DNA of 64,000 nucleotides. Source: Eledone cirrhosa. Taxonomy: Eukaryota. Below, one piece after another: positions 1-12,667 of this stretch. The notes below the pieces were generated by a model. The model saw nothing but the letters and a program-made list of their open reading frames with translations. It had not been told where the DNA came from and ran no database searches. The stretch covers positions 217,434,001 to 217,498,000 of the forward strand of contig OZ024740.1 in NCBI GenBank assembly GCA_964016885.1, read 5' to 3'. Position numbers and translations under genes: made by a program. Each line of letters starts with the position of its first letter. Within the stretch, counting starts at the first letter, position 1.

Positions 1-70
1 ACACACACAGAAACAAGATGGCGTAGGACAGAACAAAGAAGAGGCACAAAAACAAAGAAAAGAATCCCCA

Positions 71-113
71 GTCACTGAAGAGGTCACAGAATGTGTGACG
101 AAAGAACTTTGAC
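71..113 (+). ncRNA. Minimal type-I hammerhead ribozyme motif (slightly degenerate), probably in a Penelope-like pLTR fragment spanning ~1-320
   Basis: GTCA-CTGAAGA-G-GTCACA-gaatg-TGTGAC-GAAA-GAAC-TT-TGAC. Stem I GTCA/TGAC, conserved CUGANGA and GAAA core, 6-bp stem II with one extra G, very short stem III, CUU triplet. Confidence 0.6.
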
Positions 114-330
114 AATATATAAACAACCATCTGGTTGTGGAACCAACCAACCGGAAATTTATAAATTCCTAAATTTATAAATTTATTATAATAAATTGAA
201 GTGAAAGCAACTGGTGCGTGTGTTTCTTATTGGCAACATGACCCTCCCAAAGTATAACAATATCGGTTTCAACACACGTTTTCAGATAAAGAATCTTGCT
301 AAACAAATTCAGAAACGAAATATATATATA

Positions 331-3300
331 TATATATATAAATGCAAGTTTACCATTCTGTGTGTCCGCCTAAAATTAGCAATCTACCGGACGAAACTCC
401 TCAAAATGACATGTACATATTCACTATGCACTCGGACAGGAAACGGTCGAAAAAGGTTTATTTTGCAAAGCATGGAATTCATTTAAAATCAATTTATCTT
501 ATTTATCAATGAATATCAAAAGAGATCATCCATTTTGTTTTTTATGTTCTCCAGTCTGTAGATAAGATAGTGAGGGATGGGAAGAGAGAGAGTGGCAGAT
601 GGAAGAGAGAGTAAGGGGATGAGAGAGAAAGAGAGAGAGAGTGAGTGGATGGGAGAGAGAGAGTAAGGGGGTGTTAGAGAGAAAGAAAGAGAGTAAGGGA
701 TGAGAGAGAGAGAGTGGGAGATGGGCGAGAGAGAGAGAGTAAGAAGATGTGAGAGAGAAAGAAAGAGAGTAAGGGGATGAGAGAGAAAGACGATGAAAGA
801 GAGAGAGGCAAAGTAATCAGCAAGACCTGGAATCGAAGAAAGCAGTGTCATTTAGTGGAAGGTCATGAAGTCAAGTCAAGTGATACTATTGGGCGTGTTT
901 ACAATGTCTATCCCAACAACAGAGAATGTTTTTATTTACGGCTATTTCTGCATACTGTTCGAGGACCAACGTCATTTGAGCATCTTAGGTGCTTCAGAGG
1001 AAGGGAGTGCGCAACATACCAAGAAGCATGTACACAGCATGGACTCCTGCATGACAATGGACACTGGAAGAAGTGCCTAAAAGAAGCAGCAATCACTCAA
1101 GTACCCAGCCAAATAAGACAATTATTTGTTATTATGCTCACGGCATGTGGAATTGATGAAGCTCATCTACTCTGGCAGGAGTACAAAAACAATATGTCGG
1201 ACGACTATCTACACCTAGCCCGAAGACATCATGGCAATATGTATGTGGAATATACCCCCAGAATTTACAATCAAGCTCTCTGTGACGTGTCCCATCGAGT
1301 TCAGGCAATGAATAGCACATTAGCTAACTGCGGGATGCCAGAGCCAGATGAAGAAATAGAGGTAGCACAAGACATTTTTCAGGAGACAAACTACGATATC
1401 CAAGCATTGCGTAAGTTTGTGGATGAAAATGAACCTCGATTGATGGGTGACCAGAAATACGCCTACCACGACGTCATCGAAAACATTCAAAATAACAGGG
1501 GAGGACTTTTCATCATCGATGCTCCTGCTGGCACAGGCAAGACATTCCTCATAAACCTCCTGCTTGCAAAAGTTCGCCAAAAGCAACATATTGCCCTTGT
1601 TGTGGCTTCAAGTGGCATTGCAGCAACACTTCTGGGTGGAGGAAGAACTGCACACTCCATGTTTAAGCTGCCTATAGATCTCACACGGCATGAACAATCT
1701 TTTTGCAACATCAAGAAGAACTCACCCAAGGGCAAGCTTCTGCAAACATGCAAGATAATAATTTGGGATGAAGCTACGATGAGCCATAAAGGAGCAATTG
1801 AAGCTTTGGACCGGACGATAAGGGATCTGAGAGAAAATAGTTGCATAATGGGAGGAGTGACAATGGTTCTTGCTGGTGATTTCAGACAAACTCTGTCTGT
1901 AATTCTTCGAGGGACTCGAGCTGATCAGGTCAATGCCTGTCTGAAAACATCCTATATCTGGCCCCACTTTCAGCTGCTGAGCCTTACAACCAACATGCGA
2001 GTGCACTTAACTGGTGACAAAGGTGTCAGTGAGTTTGCCATCCAACTACTTAAATTGGGAAATGGACTTCTTGAAAAGGACTCCAATGACCATATTCAGT
2101 TGTCATTTGGCCATATCCTTGACACAGAACAAGAACTGATTGCCAGAGTGTTTCCAAACATTAAGACCAGGCAATGTGATCCGAAATGGCTCTGTCAACG
2201 AGCACTCTTAGCACCTAAAACTGTTGCTGTGAAAGAAATCAACAGAAGGCTGCTGGAGATGTTACCAGGAGAGAAAATATGTTACAAATCAGTTGACACA
2301 ATCACTTCTCAAGACCATGTTGTAAACTATCCAACTGAATTTTTGAATAGTCTTGAACAAGCAGGAATTCCTCCACACAACCTGATACTGAGGCTTGGAG
2401 CATCGGTTATGCTACTTCGCAATCTGGATCCTCCAAAACTTTGTAATGGCACAAGACTCATCATCAAAAATATGATGTCCAATGTTCTAGAATTTGCAAT
2501 CATATCAGGAAAATTTGCTGGTGACAATTGTTTCATTCCCAGAATACCTCTGAAGCCAGCTGATTTGCCATTTGAATTTCAAAGACTTCAATTTCCGATC
2601 AGGTTCAGTTTTGCCATGACCATTAATAAATCTCAAGGGCAATCATTGAAAGTCGTTGGGTTGAATCTGGCAGATCCTGTCTTTTCGCATGGTCAACTCT
2701 ATGTTGGCACAGCAAGGGTTGGGAACCCTGATTGTCTCCTCATTGTGGCACAACAGGGCAAAATCAAGTATGTTGTTTATCCAGAGGATTTGGAATGAGC
2801 AATGTCCTAATTCCTCATTCAATGACAATACACACAGATTCTAATTCCTTAGTCATGTAGTTTGCAAGGAATTCTGAAGCTGCAAATTTACTGCATGTTG
2901 TCGCTTTGGAAGAATATGTAGGCATTCCCAATTACCTCTGCTATATAAAGTAGTATAAGTACGGACTTTGTTGGTTAGAAATAGCAGCCAAATTTCCTTA
3001 AATCCCACCTTACTTTCTCAGGTATGTATAAATGTATGAAGCAGATCTACTAGAAATATTAGCAAAATCCATTTCAAATCACAAACAACTGTCTTACACA
3101 CATACATGTGTGTGTATCTATGTATGTCGTGTGAGACTCTATACCTGTTGGTATAGCTAATAGAAATAGAAAATAAATCTCCCTCAAACAAGATCCTACT
3201 GCCATAGAGGCAAATATTGGTGAAAGCTACAGTGTACAAATTTAAATACACTTTCCCAGAATTAGAGAAATGAGTAAGTAAATGCTTCATTCAATCATAA

Positions 3301-3724
3301 ACCAACTCTAAATTTATTTTCTTATTTAATTTATGGTTTTTAAAATAGTCTTTACATGTTTGAATTTCAGAGGTTCAGATTGAGCAAAAAAAAAAGAAAG
3401 AAAATAATAAATAAAAAAAATCTAAATGTATTTTTTTGGTCATGCCCTTTTCACTGACAACATACCTAATGATTCATCTATGAGTAAAGCATTATATATG
3501 CTGACTGTAATAGGGAGCAGTATTAAAAAGAATCACCACTGGAAAAAATTAATATTTTTATCTAAATGATTTACTTTGACCAAACGGCAATAAATATTCT
3601 GCTATAATTCCTACTTTGGCTAAAATTCAGCAATCATATTTAAATGGTCAAATATTTTGTAATGTGTGCCAAATATATTGTAACTTTCATAAAATACCCG
3701 GGTATGACCGGGTAGCTCAGCTAG
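331..3724 (+). mobile_element. Helitron copy 1, internally deleted (no Rep domain, helicase retained)
   Basis: 5' end (TA)n-AATGCAAG is shared with copies 2 and 4. 3' hairpin TACCCGG-gtatga-CCGGGTA (3695-3714) is followed by CTAG (3721-3724). Contains a PIF1-family helicase ORF. The 5' boundary within the TA run is approximate. Confidence 0.92.
777..2798 (+). CDS. Helitron PIF1-family (SF1) helicase, C-terminal part of RepHel, 673 aa; the first ~14 aa come from a GA-rich leader fused by deletion
   Basis: Motifs DAPAGTGKT (Walker A), IIWDEATM (Walker B), AGDFRQ, LLRNLDPPKLCNGTRL, MTINKSQGQS and FSHGQLYV. The frame is uninterrupted. Confidence 0.88.
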   Translation: MREKDDERERGKVISKTWNRRKQCHLVEGHEVKSSDTIGRVYNVYPNNRECFYLRLFLHTVRGPTSFEHLRCFRGRECATYQEACTQHGLLHDNGHWKKCLKEAAITQVPSQIRQLFVIMLTACGIDEAHLLWQEYKNNMSDDYLHLARRHHGNMYVEYTPRIYNQALCDVSHRVQAMNSTLANCGMPEPDEEIEVAQDIFQETNYDIQALRKFVDENEPRLMGDQKYAYHDVIENIQNNRGGLFIIDAPAGTGKTFLINLLLAKVRQKQHIALVVASSGIAATLLGGGRTAHSMFKLPIDLTRHEQSFCNIKKNSPKGKLLQTCKIIIWDEATMSHKGAIEALDRTIRDLRENSCIMGGVTMVLAGDFRQTLSVILRGTRADQVNACLKTSYIWPHFQLLSLTTNMRVHLTGDKGVSEFAIQLLKLGNGLLEKDSNDHIQLSFGHILDTEQELIARVFPNIKTRQCDPKWLCQRALLAPKTVAVKEINRRLLEMLPGEKICYKSVDTITSQDHVVNYPTEFLNSLEQAGIPPHNLILRLGASVMLLRNLDPPKLCNGTRLIIKNMMSNVLEFAIISGKFAGDNCFIPRIPLKPADLPFEFQRLQFPIRFSFAMTINKSQGQSLKVVGLNLADPVFSHGQLYVGTARVGNPDCLLIVAQQGKIKYVVYPEDLE

Positions 3725-4513
3725 TATATATATAAATGCAAGTTTACGATTCTGTGTGTCCGCCTAAAACTAGCAAACTACTGGACCAAACTCCTCAAAA
3801 TTACATGTACATATTCACTATACACTCGGACAGGTAACGGTCGAAAAAGTGTTACTTTGCAAAGCAAGGAATTCATTTAAATTCAATTTATCTTATTTTC
3901 TAATGAATATCAAAAGAGATCATCCATTTTGTTTTTTTAAGTTCCCCAGTCTGTAGATAAGAGAGTGAGGGATGGGAGAGAGAGAGAGTAAGGGATGAAA
4001 GAGAAAGAGAGATAGTGGCAGATGGGAGAGAAAGTAAGGGGATAAGAGAGAAAGAGAGTGTGTGAGGGATGGGAGAGAGAGAGTAAGGGGATGTGAGAGA
4101 GAAAGAAAGAGAGTAAGGGATAAGAGAGAGAGTGGGAGATGGGAGAGAAAGAATAAGGGGATGTGAGAGAGAAAGAAAGAGAGTAAGGGGATGAGAGAGA
4201 AAGACGATGAAAGAGAGAGAGGGAAAGTAACCAGCGTTGTTAACTTTTATTTATTTATTATTTTTACACACTTTTTAACTCTCCCGCTTCCTTAACGTTA
4301 TTTATCTTTTCTTTATTTTTTGTTCTCTATTCCGTAGAGAGGGGGGGGGGAGAGAGAAAAAGAGAGAGAGAGAGAGTAATGGGATGGGAGAGAGAGAGAG
4401 AGGGAAATTAGCAAGCGTTCATTAACTTTTATTTATTTATTATTTTTACACATTTCTTAACTCTCCCAATGTTATTTATCTTTTATTTATTTTTTGTTTG
4501 CTATTGTGTAGAG

Positions 4514-6165
4514 CAGGGGTCACCAAACGTTTTTCACACTGGGCCGGAGAACTGAAAGAATGACGAGCGCGGGCCGCATAATCATTCTGTTCAATACTTG
4601 CAAGCCAGAACGAAAGCTTTGGGAAAAAAGACGAAACACTACGTTTAGCATTCCATGTTAATCATGGGCGAGTGGCGTGCAATGCGCAAAAAACAAAGAC
4701 AACCAACATATTTATTTACTAAAAAGTTATCAAAGAAGGCGACGTAGCAAAAATATAATAATTTGATGATTCTGTAGAGATCACAGACGAGGTTATCCTT
4801 TCCCTGAAGTTTCAAGTTCAGTTCATTCATGTGGGATGTGATGTCGACCAAAAATGACAACTTTGACAGCCAGATAGGATCTGACAGCTGTGGATCAGCT
4901 CTATCTTTTTCAGTGAGGAAAACATCTATTTCGTTTCGGAGCTTGTAAAAACAAAACAGGGCTTTACCGCAGCTGAGCCACCTCACTGCTGTGTGATAAG
5001 GCAAGTCACAGAAATCAGAATCAATTTCTTCAAGAAAAGCCTGGAACTGACGGTGATTGAGTGCATGTCCCCGAATGAAGTTCACAGCAGAAACGACTGG
5101 TTTCAGTACACAAGAAATATCCAAGTCTTTCCCACAGAGTGCTTGCTGATGTATGATGCAGTGTATGAACAGAGCGCCCGGAATTTGCAAATCTTCCAAC
5201 TGAGTCCTGATCTGCCCGACCAGACTCTTCCTCACTCCATCCATGTTCTTTCCTCCATCAACTGTAACACCTCGAAGCTGATTCCACTGAAGGTTATAGT
5301 CTTGCAAAGTTTTCTGCACTTCCATGAAAATGTCTTTTCCAGTTGTTGTTCCATGCATGCAGCAAACGGATGTTCAACTCTTCCGTTATCTGAAAGTCCA
5401 AATTGACACCACGAATGAACACGAGAAGTCGTGACGTACTCGAGAGATCAGTAGACTCACCCAGCGTCAGAGAATACCACAACAAGTTCCTAGCTTTCTC
5501 GCGTATCTATAGCACTATGTTCTCTCCAAGTTCTTCTGTTCGCCGCACAACTGAACTTGCCGAAACGCTGATACTTCCAAACAAATCGGCTTTCTCAGGA
5601 CACAAGTCATTTGCTGATTCCATCATACACTCTTTGATGAAGTTGCCATCAGTAAACGGTTTTCCTCGCTCTGCCAACTTATGCACTATTTTATAACTTG
5701 TACGAGTGGCAGATTCATTTTCAGCAAACTTTCTCGTGAAGAGATTTCTTTGAGTTTCTAAACCACGTTTCATGGACTCATATTTCTCAGAGCGTAACCT
5801 TCCAGAAAACTTTGTATATGTTGATAGATGTTTTGCTTCATAGTGACGCCGAAGATTGTACTCTTTCAAAACGGCAACACTTTCGCTGCATACCACGCAA
5901 CTAGCTTTCTGGTCCTTTGTTTCCACAAAGAAGTACTTTACTCCCCATTCTTCATTGAAAACGCGACACTCGGCGTCCACTTTTCCTTTCTTAGTAGCCA
6001 TAATAAAGGGTGAAGAAAACGGGATCTGAAAATGAAAAAGACATTGAATTAGAAACATCTCGTGTTCCATCCGTTTTATCACGCAAATGCAAGTACCGTC
6101 GGCAACCTGATGAACTGACGTCGCAGGCCTGATCCGGCCCGCGGGCCATAGTTTAGTGACCCCTG
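4514..6165 (-). mobile_element. hAT (Charlie/SPIN, GTF2IRD2-like) DNA transposon, 1652 bp, internally deleted
   Basis: 15-bp TIRs CAGGGGTCACCAAAC (4514-4528) and GTTTAGTGACCCCTG (6151-6165), one mismatch. 8-bp TSD GTGTAGAG at 4506-4513 and 6166-6173. Confidence 0.93.
4760..6001 (-). pseudogene. hAT transposase pseudogene (frameshifted, C-terminus missing)
   Basis: Pieces in three frames: MATKKGKVDAECRVFNEEW, BED-like CVVC...RRHYEAKH, ESTD, TVDG, HCIIHQQAL, VRWLS, FLVDITSHMNELNLKLQG. Confidence 0.88.
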
Positions 6166-6751
6166 GTGTAGAGGATGAGAGAGAGAAAGAAAGAGAGGAG
6201 ATGAGAAAGAGAAAGGGCGTGAAGCGGATGGGGAGAGAAAGACAATAAGAAAAGAGAAAAGATGGGAGAGCCAAAAAAGTAAAGAGGCAGGAGAAAGGGA
6301 GGGTGATTGGAGGGATTATTTATCTAACGTGTGTCTGCGTTTATATATATATTTACACACACTTATGTGATATGGGGGGGGGGGGGGGCGTTCTTTAGCA
6401 GACGTTATATGTTACCATCAAAGATTATTTTCTACGTACGTCTAAAGAAATCAGATGCTTTTATAGATTTATATATGTATGTATTTAACAGACGAAAAAA
6501 AAAAACGGTATTTTTAAAAGATATTATTTGAATATATTATTTTCCGCTGTTATTTGAATTAACACAGAAAATATTTTTTTTGTAGTGTTTGTCGTTTTCT
6601 TTTTGGATACAATCTGAAATCCCAATATTTTCTACATATGTCTAAAATAAATTACACCTAATATACATTCATATAAAGAGATCATTTAAAACAACTTTAC
6701 TGAGTTGTTTCTATTTCGGAAAGAGTGTGGTGTGTAATAATATCACTTCAA

Positions 6752-9700
6752 ATGCCTAGAAAACGTTCCAGATCATTATATGGAAGGTCATCTTCAGAGG
6801 CTAAGAGAAAGAAAACACAGCGATCTGAAGAAAGTGAAGAAGTTCAGCATGCCCGTCTAGCTGCTAACAGAGCCCAAACAGCGTTAGCACGAGCACACCA
6901 TTTGGGAACAAAGGACTGCTGTTACACGAGAACAACAAATTAAGGAACAGCAGCAAATCAGACGAAATGCTAATCAAGAACATCGTTTCTACTGCCTGAG
7001 CAGGAGAACAAGCCACAAGTAAAATGAACTGGCTGATGGGTGCTTTTTCTTATGACCCTCAAAAGGACTACAGCAGTAATCCACAAATCAACATTGGCAA
7101 AATGAACAAATGCTGCCAGTATTGTGTTGCCAAGAAGTGGGCAGCAGAAACACCAAGTCTATGGTGCTCAAAAGGCAAAGTGAGCCTTAAAACAATACAA
7201 GAACCTCCTGAATTTCTGAAGAATCTGCTCCTTCAGGATACACCAGAAGCACGACACTTCAATAAATACATCATAAAATATAATTCTGCCTTTCAAATGA
7301 CATCTTTTGGGGCTGACAGGAATGTTATTGACTTTAGATTCTGTACAGTATTACCACTTAATGGGTGGCGTTCTGCCTCTTTTACAGGAGTCTCACAAAT
7401 TTGTGCAGGTTTACTTCATGGGTGGAAATGAAACAAAGGCACAACAAAGATGTACCAATACCCATGGTGGATTGCAGTTCTACATAGTCATAATGTTACA
7501 AGAAATGCTTCACTAACATCATAAGTACGTCAGTGTATTTAAATATGCACTGGAACATATGAACAACATCAGAGATCTTAAAATCATCATTAGGGCAGAT
7601 AAACACCCAGACTCAGAACATGAACGCAGATTCAATGCACCTGTCACTGATGAAGTTGCAATCATAATGGTTGATGAACAGTATGGACGACGTCACATTG
7701 TTTTACACAAACAAAGTGGACATTTGGAGCGAATTTGTGAAACTCATAGAGCCTATGATTCACTCCAATATCCGCTCATCTTTTGGAATGGTCAAGATGG
7801 ATATCATTTTCGGCTACGGCAGATCAGCCCAGGAACGGGACAAGAAGCTGGCCGATCAATCAACTGCAAATAATTCTATGCTTATCATTTCATGGTACGT
7901 GATCACTTCAACCAAGTTCTGCGATTCAAAGAAGTAACCAGCCAGTTCATGGTGGACATGTATGCCAAAATTGAAACAGAAAGATTGGGTTTTCTGGGAA
8001 GGATTCAACTAAGTTGAGGGCAGATAACTACATTCACCTTAGAGATGCCATCAATTCTGATGTTGACCCAAGAAATATTGGCCAGCCAGTCATACTAGAT
8101 CTCTTCATTACATTTACATGCAATTCAAACTGGTCAGAAATATCAAATGAATTTTTTGAAAATCAAAAACCAAAGGATCGACATAACCTTATTGCTCGGG
8201 TTTTCCATGAAAAGCAAAAACAACTCATCCTTCTCCTAAAAGAAGGAAGAATCTTTGGTGAGCTTAGTGCTTGGATGACCACGTTTGAGTGGCAAAAGAG
8301 AGGTCTTCCTCACTCTCACACACTAATCTGGTGCAAGGAGAAGATAAGACCAGATGATGTTGATAAGATCATTTCAGCAGAGTTTCCTGATAAAGGTGGT
8401 GATCCAGAGCTCTTTGAAACCATCAAGTCCAAACTCATTCATGGTCTATGTGGAGTCATCAATCCAGCCTCTCCCTGCATGAAAGATAAAAAATGCAGCA
8501 GACATTATCCTAGAGCTTTTATTCGGGAAACTCGTCGTACACAACAAAGTGTTGTGTAAACTTTTAAAAGCTCATATCATATTGCAGCTCCGTCAAGGCA
8601 ATCCTATATGTCACAAAATTATCAACAAGGGCAGTGATATGGCTACCTTTATTACTGACAAAGAACTCAATGATGGTTGGCTGAATGAGGTCAAACGGTA
8701 TGAAACATGTCGATACATCTCCAGCAATGAAGCTATCTGGCGAATCTTTGGATTTGATATCCACAAACGCCACCCAACAGTGGACACCCTCGCAGTCCAC
8801 CTGGAAAATGGACAGAGAGTGTACTTCACTAAGATCACTGCTCATCAGTTGACACAAGCATCACATTACACTACACTAACTGCTTTCTTTAAACTCTGCC
8901 AGAATGATGTATTTGTTCGATCCCTCCTATATCCTGAAGTCCCAACATACTACACCGGGACCAATTGCAAGACCTGGAATCGAAGAAAGCAGGGTCATGA
9001 AGTCAAGTCAAGTGATGCTATTGGGCCTGTTTACAATGTCCATTCCAACAACAGAGAATGTTTTTATTTACGGCTACTTCTGCATACTGTTCGAGGACCA
9101 ACGTCATTTGAGGATCTTAGATGCTTCAGAGGAAGGGAGTGTGCAACATACCAAGAAGCATGTACACAGCATGGACTCCTGCATGACAATGGAAACTGGA
9201 AGAAGTGCCTAGAAGAAGCAGCAATCACTCAAGTAGCCAGCCAAATAAGACAATTATTTGCTATTATGCTCACCGCATGTGGAATTGATGAAGCTCATCT
9301 ACTCTGGCAGGAGTACAAAAACAATATGTCGGACGACTATCTACACCTAGCCCGAAGACATCATGGCAATATGTATATGGAATATACCCAGGATTTACAA
9401 TCAAGCTCTCTGTGACGTGTCCCATCGAGTTCAGGCAATGAATATCACATTAGCTAACTGCGGGATGCCAGAGCCAGATGAAGAAATAGAGGTAGCACAA
9501 GACATTTTTCAGGAGACAAACTACAATATTCAAGCATTGCGTAAGTTTGTGGATTGATGGGTGATCAGAAATACGCCTACCACAACATCATCGAAAACAT
9601 TCAAAATGACAGAGGAGGACATTTCTTCATCGATGCTCCTGCTGGCACAGGTAAGACATTCCTCATAAACCTCCTGCTTGCAAAGGTTCGCTAAAAGCAA

Positions 9701-10608
9701 CATATTGCCCTTGCTGCGGCTTCAAGTGGCATTGCAGCAACACTTCTGTATGGAGGAAGAACTATCTCTGGCCCCGCTTTCAGCTGCTGAGCCTTACAAC
9801 CAACATGCGAGTGCACTTAACTGGTGACAAAGGTGTCAGTGAGTTTGCCATCCAACTACTTAAATTAGGAAATGGACTGCTTGAAAAGGACTCCAATGAC
9901 CATATTCAGTTGTCATTAGGCCATATCATTGACACAGAACAAGAACTGATTGCCAGAGTGTTTCCAAACATTCAGACCAGGCAATGTGATCCGAAATGGC
10001 TCTGTGAACGAGCAATCTTGGCACCTAAAAATGTTACTCTGAAAGAAATCAACAGAAGGCTGCTGGAGATGTTACTGGGAGAGAAAATAAGTTACAAATC
10101 AGTTGACACAATCACTTCTCAAGACCATGTTGTAAACTATCCAACTGAATTTTTGAACAGTCTTGAACAAGCGGGAATTCCTCCACACAACCTGATACTG
10201 AGGCTTGGAGCATCGGTTATGCTACTTCGCAATCTGGATCCTCCAAAACTTTGTAATGGCACAAGACTCATCATCAAAAATATGATGTCCAATGTTCTAG
10301 AAGTTGCAATCATGTCAGGAAAATTTGCTGGTGAAAATTGTTTTATTCCAAGAATACCTCTGAAGCCAACTGATTTGCCATTTGAATTTCAAAGACTTCA
10401 ATTTCCGATCAGGCTCAGTTTTGCCATGACCATTAATAAATCTCAAGGGCAATCATTGAAAGTCGTTGGGTTGAATCTGGCAGATCCTGTCTTTTCACAT
10501 GGTCAACTCTATGTTGGCACAACAAGGGTTGGGAACCTTGATTGTCTCTTTATTGTGGCACCACAGGGCAAAACCAAGAATGTTGTTTATCCAGAGGCTT
10601 TGGAATGA
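6752..10608 (+). pseudogene. Helitron RepHel pseudogene (HUH Rep plus PIF1 helicase), with frameshifts and deletions
   Basis: Rep motifs DLFITFTCN and EWQKRGLPHSH, YDSLQYPL, and KGSD. Helicase C-terminal ORF 9805-10608. A deletion at ~9762 removes the Walker B region relative to copy 1. Confidence 0.9.
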
Positions 10609-11584
10609 GCAATGTCGTAATTCCTCATTCAATGACAATACACACACATCCTAATTTCTTAGTCATGTAGTTTGCAAGGAATTCTGAAGCCGCAAATTTA
10701 CTGCATGGTGTTACTTTGAAAGAATGTGCAGGCAGTCCCGGGTACCTCTGCTATATAAAGTAGTATAAGTAAAGACTTTGTTGGGTAGAAATAGCAGCCA
10801 AATTTCCTTCAAATTCCACCTTACTTTCTCAGCTATGTATATATGTATGAAGTAAAAAGGAATGGTCCTATGTGATAACTGGATCTACTAGAAATATTAG
10901 CAAAATCCATTTCAAATCACAAACAACTGTCTTACACTCATCCATGTGTGTGTATGTATCTATGTATGTCGTGTGAGCCACTATACCTGTTGGTATAGCT
11001 AATAGAAATAGAAAACAAATCTCCCTCAAACAAGATCCTACTGCCATAGAGACTAAGATTGGTGAAAGCTACAGTGTACAAATTTAAATACACTTTCCCC
11101 GAATTACAGAAATGTGTAAGTAAATGCTTCATTCAATCATAAACCAATGCTAAATTTATTTTCTTATTTTATTTATGGTTTTTAAAATAGTCTTTACATG
11201 TTGTTTGAATTTCAGAGGTTCAGATTGAGCAAAAAAATAAAAAAAGAAAGAAAGAAAAGGACAAAGAAAAAAAATCTAGATATATTTTTTTGGTCATACT
11301 CTGACAACATACCTAATGATTCATCTATGAGTAAAGCATTATATATGCTGACTGTAATAGGGAGCAGTATTTAAAAAAATCACCACTGGAAAAAACTAAT
11401 ATTTTTATCGAGATGATTTACTTTGACCAAACGACAATAAATATTCTGCTATAATTCCTACTTTGGCTAAAATTCAGCAATCATATTTGAATGGTCAAAT
11501 ATTTTGTAATGTGTGCCAAATATACTGTAATTTTCATAAAATACCCAGGTATCACCGGGTAGTTCAGCGAGTATATATATATAT

Positions 11585-12490
<906 letters not shown>

Positions 12491-12569
12491 ATATATGTAT
12501 ATATATGTATTTATATATTAAAAAATAAGTTGACAGTTACAATCTTTACTTAATTCTTAATTGTGTTGT

Positions 12570-12667
<98 letters not shown>

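Larger units (their letters stand above)
3725..11571 (+). mobile_element. Helitron copy 2, near full length, degenerate, carrying a hAT insertion
   Basis: Begins directly after the CTAG of copy 1 with TATATATATAAATGCAAG. Contains RepHel remnants. The 3' end TACCCAG-gtatca-CCGGGTA...CGAG is a mutated hairpin and terminus. Confidence 0.9.
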
